DNA of 64,000 bases, taken from a virus. This document shows positions 1-10,109 of this stretch, piece after piece. A program made the position numbers and the translations under genes. Below the pieces are notes generated by a model. The model worked only from the letters and a program-made list of their open reading frames with translations, did no database searches and was not told the origin of the DNA. Location: IMG/VR virus record IMGVR_UViG_3300043410_000542, positions 22,258-86,257 of that record, one strand, 5' to 3'. Within the stretch, counting starts at the first letter, position 1. The number at the start of each line of letters is the position of its first letter.

Positions 1-592
1 CTTTGTTAGTTGGTTGTGAAAGGATACTACTGAATTCTTGACTATCAACTAGCGGCTCGCATTTGATACGCCACAAGTGAGGATACCATGTTTGACTAAA
101 GCCTTCACTAGCAAAGTTACCATCTGTAACTTGATAATATCTACGCAATGCGACAGGAATAGTTTCGTTCAATGGATGAAAGTCTGTCAAGTGCGGCAAT
201 TCTAGAACGTCACCGACCATCAACTTACGTCCTATAGTTTCAATCATTTCGTTATAATGGATCGTGATGAAAATAATGTCGTTGTTTAAGAACAAACCAA
301 ACTGACTCAAATCGAAGTCTAGGTTTTGAACGTTATAGTGACCTCTGATTCTATAGATATCAGGTGCATACTTGCGGTCACGATTTTCGAGGAACAATAG
401 ATCCTGAATGTTAGTAGGGTCTAGTTGGTCATAAGCAGGTTGCGTAAGATCGGGTCCACTTGTACCGGGAACACCTAGATACTTGTGAACGTACAAATCT
501 GTACCACCCACAGTGAATTGCTCTTTGATTAAGCGGTCAAAGAACTTGTAATCATTGGATTTTTTGTCGCGGTAAAGTGATAATCTTGGCAT
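1..592 (-). CDS. Neck/head-closure protein (T4 gp14-like), runs off the window start
   Basis: Not in the ORF track; read manually from ATG at 592: MPRLSLYRDKKSNDYKFFDR...LFLENRDRKY...DLSQFGLFL...GRKLMVGDVLELPH...WYPHLWRIKCEP. The 'LSQFGL' and 'GDVLELP' motifs resemble gp14. GATAAATA lies 7 nt upstream. Confidence 0.7.
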   Translation of the reverse strand, partial: MPRLSLYRDKKSNDYKFFDRLIKEQFTVGGTDLYVHKYLGVPGTSGPDLTQPAYDQLDPTNIQDLLFLENRDRKYAPDIYRIRGHYNVQNLDFDLSQFGLFLNNDIIFITIHYNEMIETIGRKLMVGDVLELPHLTDFHPLNETIPVALRRYYQVTDGNFASEGFSQTWYPHLWRIKCEPLVDSQEFSSILSQPTNK

Positions 593-641
593 AGTCTATT
601 ATTTATCGTACCCGTAAGTGAAAAGTACTACTTTTTAGGTG

Positions 642-670
642 TTGACAAATAATGGAAACTCATATATAAT
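642..670 (+). promoter_or_regulatory. Consensus sigma70-type (early) promoter
   Basis: TTGACA (642-647), 17-bp spacer, TATAAT (665-670); AGGAG RBS at 686-690 before ATG 696. Confidence 0.9.
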
Positions 671-695
671 TACTGTATTGTTAATAGGAGAACGT

Positions 696-1859
696 ATGGC
701 AACTCGCAAGCCCAAACAGACAGCAGACCATTTCATTAAAGCATTGAATCCACGTGAAGCAGACACGAAGTATTTGGGTGACGAACCCTTCTTCCCATTG
801 CAACCCGATTCTGACTTGCGAACTACTGCATTGACCCGAGGATTCACTTGGTACAATCGTTTCTATGGCAAAAAAGATGCTAAAGACCTGTTGTGTCAGT
901 ATCTAGAACTTAACAATCGCACAGACGAAGCTAAAAAACTCCGCAAAGTTGATGAAAAAGAGTTTTTGATGACATTGTGCTGGCTTGCACGTATGACATT
1001 GCGTGGTCTTGAGTTGAATGAACACGAGGAAATGACACTTGAGAACGAAATTTCACGTTTGTTGCTGTGTGTCAATAAGCCTGAAGTTATTGAGAAGGAA
1101 GAAGACAAGCCGGTGAGCAATCGGCCTAACATTCAGGAGCTTATGAAAGAAAAAGCACGTGATGCGGCTGGCGAACTTGAGGGTTCATTTGACGAATTCT
1201 ACGCAGGTGAAAAAGTTACACAAAAGACAGTTGACATTGTTGCTAAGTTCAACGTCATGTCCCAACATATCCCATTGATTGTCGATATTTGGAAAAAGAA
1301 GCAAGCTGAGTTTGAAGAATTGTCCGAAACTGATGACAAAGAGTTGAAGGAAGCCTATGGTAACATGGGTAAAATTCAAATTCGCAACATTCTTAAGTTC
1401 ATCGAAGGCGTGCTCGGTGACTTGAATTCATATATCTCAATTAAGAAAGCTAGCAAAGCTCCTCGTAAGCGTAAAGCTGTTCCAGTCGAGAAGATTGTGG
1501 CTAAACTCAAATACTTGAAAGAATTCAAAGATGCCGCAAACAAATTGGACTTGGTCTCAGTCCACCCAACTAAGCTACACGGAGCTAGTGAAGCATGGGT
1601 ATACGACACTGCCAAGCGGAAGCTCCATCATTATATTGCTGACGAATATTCAAAGAGTTTCACAGTCAAAGGCAACACTATTCTTGGTTTCGATACTAAT
1701 GCTTCCGAAATCAAAACTTTGCGAAAGCCAGGTGAACAAATTAAAGAAGTCATGGGTTCTAAGCCCGCGGCACGAAAGTACTTCAAAGAGATTAAAGCAG
1801 TTGCGGCAATTCCTAATGGTCGATTCAACGAGAACATGATTATTCTAAAGGCATTCTAA
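696..1859 (+). CDS. Hypothetical phage protein (Lys/Glu-rich, early)
   Basis: Long ORF; start moved from 639 to ATG 696 because of the promoter and AGGAG RBS. Confidence 0.85.
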   Translation: MATRKPKQTADHFIKALNPREADTKYLGDEPFFPLQPDSDLRTTALTRGFTWYNRFYGKKDAKDLLCQYLELNNRTDEAKKLRKVDEKEFLMTLCWLARMTLRGLELNEHEEMTLENEISRLLLCVNKPEVIEKEEDKPVSNRPNIQELMKEKARDAAGELEGSFDEFYAGEKVTQKTVDIVAKFNVMSQHIPLIVDIWKKKQAEFEELSETDDKELKEAYGNMGKIQIRNILKFIEGVLGDLNSYISIKKASKAPRKRKAVPVEKIVAKLKYLKEFKDAANKLDLVSVHPTKLHGASEAWVYDTAKRKLHHYIADEYSKSFTVKGNTILGFDTNASEIKTLRKPGEQIKEVMGSKPAARKYFKEIKAVAAIPNGRFNENMIILKAF

Positions 1860-1860
1860 T

Positions 1861-2178
1861 ATGAAGATGTACATTTGTATCAAAGAAGATATTCCAGTTG
1901 GTATCGCAATGAATAGTGCCGCACACGCAGGGTTGATGTGTCACTTGCGGTTCGGTGAGGATGAAGGCGATGAAAACTATGCGACTTGGCTTGCTAAAAG
2001 TTTTAAGAAAGTAACCTGTGCGGTTACTCCAGCAGAGTTTGCTATGCTTAAAGAAGTATCAAATTCATTCGTTGTAACCGAAAGCAGAATGAATGGGCAA
2101 GAAGTTGCTGTTGTACTTTGTCCGCGCCCTGAGACTGAGTATCCTGAATTTGTTTCACTCTTAAAACTTTGGAAATAA
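1861..2178 (+). CDS. Peptidyl-tRNA hydrolase, Pth2-like
   Basis: KMYICIKEDIPVGIAMNSAAHA and W...SFKKVTCAV match the Pth2 N-terminal strand/helix and KVxxxV motifs; ends LKLW like Pth2. Confidence 0.7.
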   Translation: MKMYICIKEDIPVGIAMNSAAHAGLMCHLRFGEDEGDENYATWLAKSFKKVTCAVTPAEFAMLKEVSNSFVVTESRMNGQEVAVVLCPRPETEYPEFVSLLKLWK

Positions 2179-2179
2179 C

Positions 2180-2542
2180 ATGTGGCGAATTAAAATGTTT
2201 TTCAAGTTCACTCTTTGGCTTTTGAAGAAAGTTTTCAAAGTGCCCTTGATGTTGGTTGCTTACACTCACCTCTATCTTGACTACTGGAAGGATCAATGTA
2301 GACATGACTGGGGAATGGCAGCGTTGTTAATGGTATTGACAACCGCAAGTTGTACAGTTTCCGGTCTATTGGGAGTTCTCATATTCGTACCTGAAGCCGA
2401 CGTAACTAGGCACATGTTGGGTGAAGCAGTGATCCGCGGTTTCTTATTCGCAGTGGGAACATTTGTCGTTGTGATGTTGCTTGCCGCATACGAAGCCTTC
2501 CTTGAAGAATACGAACAATCATTTACTAAGTTGAAGGAATAA
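2180..2542 (+). CDS. Hypothetical membrane protein
   Basis: Two to three hydrophobic segments; tightly packed in the operon. Confidence 0.7.
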   Translation: MWRIKMFFKFTLWLLKKVFKVPLMLVAYTHLYLDYWKDQCRHDWGMAALLMVLTTASCTVSGLLGVLIFVPEADVTRHMLGEAVIRGFLFAVGTFVVVMLLAAYEAFLEEYEQSFTKLKE

Positions 2543-2543
2543 T

Positions 2544-2786
2544 ATGAAAATTCTAGGAGTACGTTGGTTTGCAGGACGTAACTGCGTAGGTATCGTTCAA
2601 TATATTGAAGACGAGGAGGTGTCCGTTTATCGTCAAACAGGTGATGCTGATTACAAGTATTACATCGGTGTAGGTAACGGTCGTGACGAGAAAGAAGACA
2701 TGCAAACCATCGCCGATTGGGGCAGTACCTTTGATAAGGCTGCAGGTGATGTATTGTTCAACGTCATTCCGGGAACACCTGTATAA
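2544..2786 (+). CDS. Hypothetical protein
   Basis: AAGGA RBS; tight operon packing. Confidence 0.75.
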   Translation: MKILGVRWFAGRNCVGIVQYIEDEEVSVYRQTGDADYKYYIGVGNGRDEKEDMQTIADWGSTFDKAAGDVLFNVIPGTPV

Positions 2787-3125
2787 ATGATTAACATTCA
2801 ATTACTTGAAGCTGACGACATTGTAGAACCAGAAGATTGGTGTCGTCCCCTCTCCATTACATCAATGAGCGGTGGATACTCAGACTACTACAGTTTTCAA
2901 AGTCAGTACACTGGTGCCCCAGAGAACAATGTCAAATGGGTAAAAGTAAAGTACATTTTAGGTAAACCGTGGCATGGTTCTACTGTGAAAGCTATTGACA
3001 GCGGACTCGGAAAGTATGTAAAATATGAGTTCATTCGAGGTGATATCCCTAGTCGTAGCAAACTTAGTTTGAGAGGATACAATGTCACTGACCACACAAA
3101 AGTATATAAGGAAGAAGATGAATAA
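2787..3125 (+). CDS. Hypothetical protein
   Basis: TAA-ATG coupling with the upstream gene. Confidence 0.7.
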   Translation: MINIQLLEADDIVEPEDWCRPLSITSMSGGYSDYYSFQSQYTGAPENNVKWVKVKYILGKPWHGSTVKAIDSGLGKYVKYEFIRGDIPSRSKLSLRGYNVTDHTKVYKEEDE

Positions 3126-3531
3126 CATAGATTTAAACAAATACAAAAATTTCGTAGAGGCTGTAACAAGCCGCCCAAGCAATGACCTAACTGACTTTAT
3201 CAATCGGGTAGACAACTTAGATGCTAACGAGTTGAATATCAATGTCCCGTTGTTGATGACAGCATGTATGGGACTTGCCGCAGAAGCAGGTGAGTTCATC
3301 GAAGTGCCCAAGAAAATCATTTTTCAGGGTAAGCCACTTGACGCTGATAACATCTTCCACATGAAGCGTGAATTGGGTGATGTTATGTGGTACTGGATTA
3401 ATGCTTGCAGAGCGTTGAATCTTGACCCTAACGAAGTCATTGACGAAAACGTGCGTAAGTTAGAATCACGCTACCCCGGTGGTTCATTTGATGCACATTA
3501 CAGTGAGAATCGTCAAGCCGGCGACCTCTGA
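3118..3531 (+). CDS. mazG: MazG-like nucleotide pyrophosphohydrolase
   Basis: GLAAEAGEFIEVPKK...RELGDVMWY...ENVRKLESRYP motifs; likely start ATG 3118 after AAGGA. Confidence 0.85.
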   Translation: MNNIDLNKYKNFVEAVTSRPSNDLTDFINRVDNLDANELNINVPLLMTACMGLAAEAGEFIEVPKKIIFQGKPLDADNIFHMKRELGDVMWYWINACRALNLDPNEVIDENVRKLESRYPGGSFDAHYSENRQAGDL

Positions 3532-3547
3532 TAAAGTCTAAAGCCCG

Positions 3548-3580
3548 AACTCCAGATAAATACACTATCTGGAGTTTTTT
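3548..3580 (+). promoter_or_regulatory. Hairpin containing a late promoter and hiding the RBS; may also act as a terminator
   Basis: AACTCCAGATA-AATACAC-TATCTGGAGTT followed by T run; GATAAATA at 3555-3562; GGAG in the 3' arm. Confidence 0.7.
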
Positions 3581-4351
3581 ATGGCTATTTTGCAATCAGC
3601 GACACTTAATGAATTAAAAGAAGAATTGTTTAGAAATCTTCGCCTACGTTTGGGTGAGGGTATGGTCGATCTTGAATTAGATCCTGAACATTTTGAAGCA
3701 GCCTACAAATATGCTGTGCAAATCTATCGCCAACGAGCGCAGAATGCTACTGAGGAAACATATACTCTGATGACACTACATGCACATCAGGATGTTTATA
3801 CTCTACCGAAAGAATTCATCAACGTAAGACAAGTATTCCGTAGAACTGTTGGTATGGAAACGGGCCCTGCAGCTAGTTCTTTCGATCCTTTCTCAAGTGC
3901 TATTTTGAACACGTACTTATTAAACTATAACTTAGCAGGTGGCCTAGCAACTTACGACATGTATGCTGGATACGTTGAATTGTCAGCACGTATGTTTGGT
4001 GGCTACATCGTCTACACATTCAATAATGTGACTAAAGAAATTCGTTTAGTTCGTAATATCAAGGGTGATGGTGAACAGATTCTTATCTGGGCTGACATTC
4101 AAAAGCCGGAATCTACATTACTACAAGACCCCGGTTCAAGTGTATGGATCGGTGACTGGACATTGAGCCAGTTAAAGTACACACTAGGAGAAGCACGTGA
4201 GAAGTTCGCTCAAATCGCAGGTCCAGGTGGCGGTACATCGTTGAACGGTGCTTCATTAAAGAACGAAGCAAAAGAAATGCAACTAGCGTTGTTAGAAGAC
4301 TTGAAACGTTACGTTGACTACTCACAACCACTAACTTGGATTCAAGGATAA
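3581..4351 (+). CDS. Neck/head-tail adaptor protein (T4 gp13-like)
   Basis: LRLGEGMVDLELDPEH...LGEAREKFAQIAGPGGGTSLNGASLKNEA resembles gp13 N- and C-terminal motifs. Confidence 0.8.
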   Translation: MAILQSATLNELKEELFRNLRLRLGEGMVDLELDPEHFEAAYKYAVQIYRQRAQNATEETYTLMTLHAHQDVYTLPKEFINVRQVFRRTVGMETGPAASSFDPFSSAILNTYLLNYNLAGGLATYDMYAGYVELSARMFGGYIVYTFNNVTKEIRLVRNIKGDGEQILIWADIQKPESTLLQDPGSSVWIGDWTLSQLKYTLGEAREKFAQIAGPGGGTSLNGASLKNEAKEMQLALLEDLKRYVDYSQPLTWIQG

Positions 4352-5320
4352 TTGGCTGACTTCTTCTGTCCCTTGCCCTTTAAGGGTTTATTCGTACATA
4401 CTGACAAAGTTGCAGTATGTTGTGCTTCCGTAAAACCAATAAAAAACATTACCCCTAATGATTTTCTAAACAGCGATTATCTAAAGAATCTTAGAGAGAA
4501 GTTCCTAGCAGGCGAGATAGATGAATCTTGTAGTTTCTGTGTGCAAGCAGAAGCTAAAGGGTTACAGAGTATTCGTCAGCATACATTGAAATCATTGGGA
4601 TATGATACGACACCCAAAGTAGAGTACATGGAACTAAGAGCTAGTAATCTATGCAACTTTTCATGTAAAATGTGCAACGGGTCTAACAGTTCTTCTATCT
4701 CAGGTGTTGTAGAAAACATGACAGATGAAAGCTGGCAGCAAGTTCTATCAAACACAAAAGACTTGAAAAGTGTAAGTCTGACGGGCGGTGAGCCGTTTTT
4801 GATTAAACAGTATCACGAACTATTAGACCACTTAATCGCTACAGGGAAAGAAGATATCAATATGAGAATATACACAAACTGTAGCGTGTACAACAAGAAG
4901 TTCCTAGATAAACTTGAGCATTTCAAATCCTGCGAACTTCATATGAGTATTGACGGGGTAGGGAAGACAGCAGAACTTCAACGTGCAGGTTCTGACTGGA
5001 CTGTGGTAGATGAAAATGTAAGACGATTCATGGACTTAAAGATTGGACTAGCATTTCATACAACGTTTACTAAGATGAACTTGTTAAGCGTAGATAAGTT
5101 AGCTGCGTACTTTGTGGAAATGCAACAGAAACGCCCTGACTTGAAATTCATTGCACACACTATATTCACCCCTAGTGATTTGACGGTAGAACAGACTCCG
5201 GAATCCTATAGACAATTTGTGATAGCAAGTATAGATAGGGCAATTGATATCTTGCAGGATGATGCATTCTCACAACTCAGAAATGAGTTAACCAATAACA
5301 AGCGCAAACTAACCGTTTGA
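4352..5320 (+). CDS. Radical SAM protein with N-terminal SPASM/twitch-like Cys cluster
   Basis: CNFSCKMC (CxxxCxxC), TGGEPF, YTN, SIDG motifs; N-terminal CPLPF...CC...CSFC; TTG start. Confidence 0.85.
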   Translation: MADFFCPLPFKGLFVHTDKVAVCCASVKPIKNITPNDFLNSDYLKNLREKFLAGEIDESCSFCVQAEAKGLQSIRQHTLKSLGYDTTPKVEYMELRASNLCNFSCKMCNGSNSSSISGVVENMTDESWQQVLSNTKDLKSVSLTGGEPFLIKQYHELLDHLIATGKEDINMRIYTNCSVYNKKFLDKLEHFKSCELHMSIDGVGKTAELQRAGSDWTVVDENVRRFMDLKIGLAFHTTFTKMNLLSVDKLAAYFVEMQQKRPDLKFIAHTIFTPSDLTVEQTPESYRQFVIASIDRAIDILQDDAFSQLRNELTNNKRKLTV

Positions 5321-5359
5321 CTTTTATTCGGTGTAGACTAGAGTATAATAAGTAGCTAT

Positions 5360-6007
5360 ATGATTCTAGGCGTAACAGGACTGATAGGCTCCGGAAAAGA
5401 CACTATCGCAGATTATTTGGTTACTGAGCATGGCTTCAAGCGAGTTTCATTCGCAGCCAGCTTAAAAGACGCTGTAGCAGCCGTTTTTGGCTGGGACAGA
5501 GACTTATTAGAGGGTACTACTAAACAGAGTCGTCAATGGCGTGAAGAAGTTGACACTTGGTGGGCTACTCGCTTAAACATCCCCCATTTGACTCCTAGAT
5601 GGGTCTTACAGCATTGGGGAACGGATGTTCTTAGAAATCATTTCCATACTGATATATGGGTTGCATCAGTTGAAAACAAACTTAGACAGACTAAGGACAA
5701 CGTTGTTATTACTGACTGTCGTTTCTCAAACGAAGTAAATGCTATCAAAAACGCAGGTGGTACAACTTGTAGAGTCTTTAGGGGAGAGAACCCTGAATGG
5801 TATCAGGCTGCGATTGATTACAACAGAGGTCCAAATGGTAATGAGGGATGGTCTCTAGGTAAGCGCAAGCTAGACACCTGCAAAGTACACGCTAGCGAAT
5901 ATAGCTCAGTTGGATTAAAGTACGACCACTTTATTCAAAACGATGGGACTATCCTAGACTTACACGAGCAAATCAATCAACTTCTAAATCACCCCGACGC
6001 CAGTTAA
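5360..6007 (+). CDS. Deoxynucleoside monophosphate kinase (T4 gp1-like)
   Basis: GLIGSGKDT P-loop, SFAASLKD, TPRWVLQHWGTD, ITDCRFSNE, HASE. Confidence 0.9.
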   Translation: MILGVTGLIGSGKDTIADYLVTEHGFKRVSFAASLKDAVAAVFGWDRDLLEGTTKQSRQWREEVDTWWATRLNIPHLTPRWVLQHWGTDVLRNHFHTDIWVASVENKLRQTKDNVVITDCRFSNEVNAIKNAGGTTCRVFRGENPEWYQAAIDYNRGPNGNEGWSLGKRKLDTCKVHASEYSSVGLKYDHFIQNDGTILDLHEQINQLLNHPDAS

Positions 6008-6314
6008 CTTCTTTCTTCTTAACGACCTCAACACAGTTAAGACATACAGTTCTCAAGTTAACTAGTTCAGTATTTTCTAGTTTACCATCTACATGAAACA
6101 CTGTTAACTGACTAGCTAACAAAGCCTTAAAGCCACATAAATCACATGTGGCTTTTTTCTTGTACCCACTCTTTTGCCAAGTAGGCTTTCTTGGTTTAAG
6201 TTTGTTTTTCTTACGACCACACTCATCACATATGCTACGATAGTGGGTTACTCCGGCACGGATATAGTTCACTGCACAGTGATTCTTACCGCAAGTCTTA
6301 CATATAGGTCTCAT
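5973..6314 (-). CDS. Zn-binding HNH-like protein
   Basis: Several CxxC pairs; CDLCGF...VFHVDG...NLRTVCLNC resembles a degenerate HNH; start at ATG 6314, 4 nt after TAAATA. Confidence 0.7.
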   Translation of the reverse strand: MRPICKTCGKNHCAVNYIRAGVTHYRSICDECGRKKNKLKPRKPTWQKSGYKKKATCDLCGFKALLASQLTVFHVDGKLENTELVNLRTVCLNCVEVVKKKEVNWRRGDLEVD

Positions 6315-6424
6315 ACTGTATTTAGCCTTCGAAGGCACGGTTATTGGTGCTTTTTTAATTTTTTCACTAAATAATAGTACACTAGGGAGTTAACCCTCAC
6401 AATCATAACATAAAGGAAATAAAA

Positions 6425-9400
6425 ATGGCACTAGTATCACCAGGCGTAGAAGTAAACATTATCGACCAAAGTCAATATTTACCAGCTGCCTCAAATTCAG
6501 TTCCGCTTATCGTTTTAGCCACAGCGCAAAGCAAGGCAAACGCAGCGGGAACAGCAGTTGCAGCGGCTACGACCAAAGCAACAGCTAACAAGCTATATCA
6601 GGTAACAAGTCAGCGTGACCTAGTTACATTGTACGGTAATCCGTTCTTCTATAAAACAACGAACGGCACTCCAATTCATGGATATGAATTGAACGAATAC
6701 GGTCTATTGGCTGCTTATTCATTGTTAGGTACAACAAATCGTGCGTATATCTTACGTGCTGACGTTGACCTAGCTGCATTCGTCGGTTCTGTCTCTCGTC
6801 CTTCTGGTGCTCCTGCATCAGATTCATATTGGTTAGACACAACTAACTCTACATGGGGTATCAATGAATTTGATGCTGTAACAGGTACATTCAGTGGTAT
6901 GGAACCAATCGTATTGACAGACCCTAACGATGTAGTAGACGGAGCTCCAAAAGCTACTCTAGGTAACATCGGTGACTATGCAGTTATTGCATATGCACAA
7001 GAAGGTGCTGGCTTAGACGTAAGCACATATTTCTTCAAGAACCGTTTCAACACATGGGTTGCATTAGGTTCAAGAGAGTGGAAAGAAGGTATCCCTGCAG
7101 TAACAGGTACAGTTTCTAACCCAACATTGACTTCAGGTAATACAATCATCATTACTCCATACAATGCAGTATCAGGTTCTATTACTCCTATCGCTCCTAT
7201 CACAGTTACATTGACAGGATCTACAGTTGACAGTTTAGTTACAGCAATCAACGACTTGAATTTACAAAACGTTGTTGCTTCTAACATCTCAGGTAAGTTG
7301 TCATTAGCATTCACGAACCTACAAACAGAACAGCAAACTCTATTCCCATATGGTTTGGCTAACGGTTCAGGTTCTCCATTGACAACATTGGGTATTGCCC
7401 CAGGCATCTACTACTCACCATCTGTTGTATACGGTGTTTCTTCTAGAATGCCATTATGGACAGCAAGTCAAACAACACCGCACCCAACAGGTTCTGTATG
7501 GGTTAAGGTTAACGCTGTTAATAACGGTATGAGCCTAGCATTGTCTAAGTTCAATGGTACAACAAGTTCGTATGAAAATATTAACGTAGCTACATATAGA
7601 ACAGACGCAGACGCTACTGTTGCTATCGATAGTACTGGCGGCAAAGCGGTACCAGCTGGTACTGTATACGCACAATTTGGTCTAGACGGTCTAAACCCAA
7701 CAGCACCAGTTCAGTTGTTCAAGCGTTTAGCTACAGGTGCTACAGTTGTTACTGGTATCACTACACCAACTACAGTTCCACAGAACACAACATTGCGTGT
7801 GTTCGTAACTACTCCAGGCGTAGCTACTGGTTCTACAACATCATCATCAGGTATCCCTGGTACAGCACACATTATCGTAACGACAGGTACGACAATCGAA
7901 TCATTCATTAATGATTGGACTGCTGCACAGATTCCTTACACAACAATTAAGTTAACAACTGCAGGTAATCTACAGATTACACATACTGCAGGCGGTGAAA
8001 TTTTAATGTCAGACAGAGATCCATCAACTGGTGACTTCAACACATTAATGGAAGACTTAGGCTTTGTTGCTGGTACTACAATTGGTGTTAAGAAAAGTCG
8101 TCCTGCCCCATTCACTAACCCTACTGTAAACCCATCATCTACATCAGGTGCAGGTACAGGTGCTTCATTGAGCATCACTAGCTTGGGTTACGAGTACATC
8201 GTTAACAGCGTAGCAGGCGGTTCAGGTTATCAATTGGGTGACACTATCACTATCAACGGTAGCGAATTAGGTGGCTCAACTCCTGAAAACAACTTGGTTC
8301 TTAAAGTTGTTGCTATTTCAGGTGGTTCAGTAACTAGAGTTGTTGTTGAATCAGGTTACGGTGTTGCAGACTACGGTCTTGTATTGTCTAACTGGGTTCC
8401 AGTAACATACACTGCGAACGAAGGTGCTCCAGTTGCAATCCCAAGCAACGGTACATATTGGTATTACTCAACTCCAAGCCAAGTTGACATTATGATTAAC
8501 AAAGGCAACGTATGGAGAGGTTATAGAAACATCGCATTTGATGCGAATGGTCACCCAGCATCATCAGGTACTGTTGGTCTAACTGACGCTGCAGGTCCAA
8601 TCATCGCAGCAGCAGCTCCAACTACACAAACAGATGGTACAGCTTTAGAGTACGGTGATCTATGGGTCGATACAAGTGACTTAGAAAACTACCCAATGAT
8701 TTATCGTTGGAAGTCAGTAAACAATCTACCACAGTGGGTCTTGATTGACAAGACAGACCAAACATCTAGCGAAGGTATTGTATTTGCAGATGCACGTTGG
8801 GCAGCAAGAGGTGATGTAGATCCAGTTGAAGATCCGATCCCAACAATCGCTAGCTTATTAGTAAGCGATCACTTAGACCTAGACGCACCAAGCGCAACAT
8901 TGTATCCACAAGGTACAATCTTGTTCAATACACGCCGTTCAGGTTACAACGTTAAAGAGTTCAAGACTAACTATTTCAGTGGTAAGAACTATCCTAACGC
9001 AGGTGCATACAACTCAGGTGCCCCGGCATCAAACACTAACTTGCCTAAAGTAAGTTATGCATGGGTTTCTGCTAGCGGTCTAGCAGCAGATGGTTCAGCT
9101 TACATGGGTCGTAAGGCTCAACGTAACATGGTTGTTCAAGCATTGAAGGCAGCAGTTGCTACTAACCAGACAATCCGTGAAGAAGATAACTTCTTCAACT
9201 TGATTGCTACTCCTGGTTACCCAGAACTACAACCTGATATGGTTGCATTGAACAATGACCGTCACAACACAGCGTATATCGTTGGTGACACTCCATTGCG
9301 CTTGAAGGATCAAGCAACAGACTTGACCAACTGGGCTACTAACGCAGCCGGTGCAACAGCATCTGGTGAAGATGGTTGGGTTACACGTGACAGCTACTTG

Positions 9401-10048
9401 GGCGTATTCTACCCAAGCGGTATCACAACAGACTTGTCAGGTTCTCCTGCAGTAGTTCCAGCATCACACATGATGTTGCGTACATTGTTGCGTAATGATA
9501 CTATCGCTTATCCTTGGTTAGCTCCAGCTGGTACACGCCGTGGTACAATCGACAATGCTACAAACATCGGTTACTTAGATTCAACAACTGGTGAATTCCA
9601 CACAGTTAAGAATCGTATGAGCATCCGTGATGTATTGTACACAAATCAAATCAACCCATTAGCATTCTTCACAGGCGTAGGCTTGTTGAACTATGGTAAC
9701 AAGAACTCATTTGATTCACAATCAGCATTGGATCGTATCAACGTAGCACGTTTAGTTGCATACATTCGTCAACAATTGATGATTGCAGCACGTCCATTCG
9801 TATTCGAACCAAACGATGCGTTGACTCGTCAACAAATCACAGCGGTAGTTCAATCATTGTTTATCGACTTGGTTGCTAAACGTGGTCTATACGACTATCT
9901 AGTTGTATGTGATAGTTCAAACAACACACCATCACGTATCGACAGAAACGAACTATGGATCGACATTGCGATTGAGCCAGTGAAAGCTGCGGAATTCATT
10001 TACATTCCAGTACGCTTATTGAACACAGGGGCTCTAGGAGCAGCGTAA
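6425..10048 (+). CDS. Contractile tail sheath protein (T4 gp18-like) with large inserted domains
   Basis: N-terminal LVSPGVEV; C-terminal PWLAPAGTRRG, LYTNQINP, DRINVARL, FVFEPND, CDSSNNTP, IEPVKAAEFIYI. Confidence 0.95.
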   Translation: MALVSPGVEVNIIDQSQYLPAASNSVPLIVLATAQSKANAAGTAVAAATTKATANKLYQVTSQRDLVTLYGNPFFYKTTNGTPIHGYELNEYGLLAAYSLLGTTNRAYILRADVDLAAFVGSVSRPSGAPASDSYWLDTTNSTWGINEFDAVTGTFSGMEPIVLTDPNDVVDGAPKATLGNIGDYAVIAYAQEGAGLDVSTYFFKNRFNTWVALGSREWKEGIPAVTGTVSNPTLTSGNTIIITPYNAVSGSITPIAPITVTLTGSTVDSLVTAINDLNLQNVVASNISGKLSLAFTNLQTEQQTLFPYGLANGSGSPLTTLGIAPGIYYSPSVVYGVSSRMPLWTASQTTPHPTGSVWVKVNAVNNGMSLALSKFNGTTSSYENINVATYRTDADATVAIDSTGGKAVPAGTVYAQFGLDGLNPTAPVQLFKRLATGATVVTGITTPTTVPQNTTLRVFVTTPGVATGSTTSSSGIPGTAHIIVTTGTTIESFINDWTAAQIPYTTIKLTTAGNLQITHTAGGEILMSDRDPSTGDFNTLMEDLGFVAGTTIGVKKSRPAPFTNPTVNPSSTSGAGTGASLSITSLGYEYIVNSVAGGSGYQLGDTITINGSELGGSTPENNLVLKVVAISGGSVTRVVVESGYGVADYGLVLSNWVPVTYTANEGAPVAIPSNGTYWYYSTPSQVDIMINKGNVWRGYRNIAFDANGHPASSGTVGLTDAAGPIIAAAAPTTQTDGTALEYGDLWVDTSDLENYPMIYRWKSVNNLPQWVLIDKTDQTSSEGIVFADARWAARGDVDPVEDPIPTIASLLVSDHLDLDAPSATLYPQGTILFNTRRSGYNVKEFKTNYFSGKNYPNAGAYNSGAPASNTNLPKVSYAWVSASGLAADGSAYMGRKAQRNMVVQALKAAVATNQTIREEDNFFNLIATPGYPELQPDMVALNNDRHNTAYIVGDTPLRLKDQATDLTNWATNAAGATASGEDGWVTRDSYLGVFYPSGITTDLSGSPAVVPASHMMLRTLLRNDTIAYPWLAPAGTRRGTIDNATNIGYLDSTTGEFHTVKNRMSIRDVLYTNQINPLAFFTGVGLLNYGNKNSFDSQSALDRINVARLVAYIRQQLMIAARPFVFEPNDALTRQQITAVVQSLFIDLVAKRGLYDYLVVCDSSNNTPSRIDRNELWIDIAIEPVKAAEFIYIPVRLLNTGALGAA

Positions 10049-10051
10049 ATA

Positions 10052-10078
10052 TAGTCCCCCGGAGACGGGGGATTATTT
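10052..10078 (+). terminator. GC-rich hairpin after the sheath gene (terminator or processing site)
   Basis: TAGTCCCCCG-GAGA-CGGGGGATTA with a GNRA loop; weak T tail; late promoter GATAAATA follows at 10081. Confidence 0.6.
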
Positions 10079-10109
10079 AAGATAAATAAGTATAACAGGA
10101 GAAACACAA

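Noticed and set aside
639-695. ORF-track starts at 639, 3082, 6338, 13729, 29519, 35285, 39596, 48952, 56154 and 60564
   Set aside because: They overlap promoters, terminators or upstream genes; downstream starts with an RBS, late promoter or stop-start coupling were used instead.
5317-5349. sigma70 promoter before the dNMP kinase gene
   Set aside because: TTGACT and TATAAT are 21 bp apart, too far; only the -10 box is credible.
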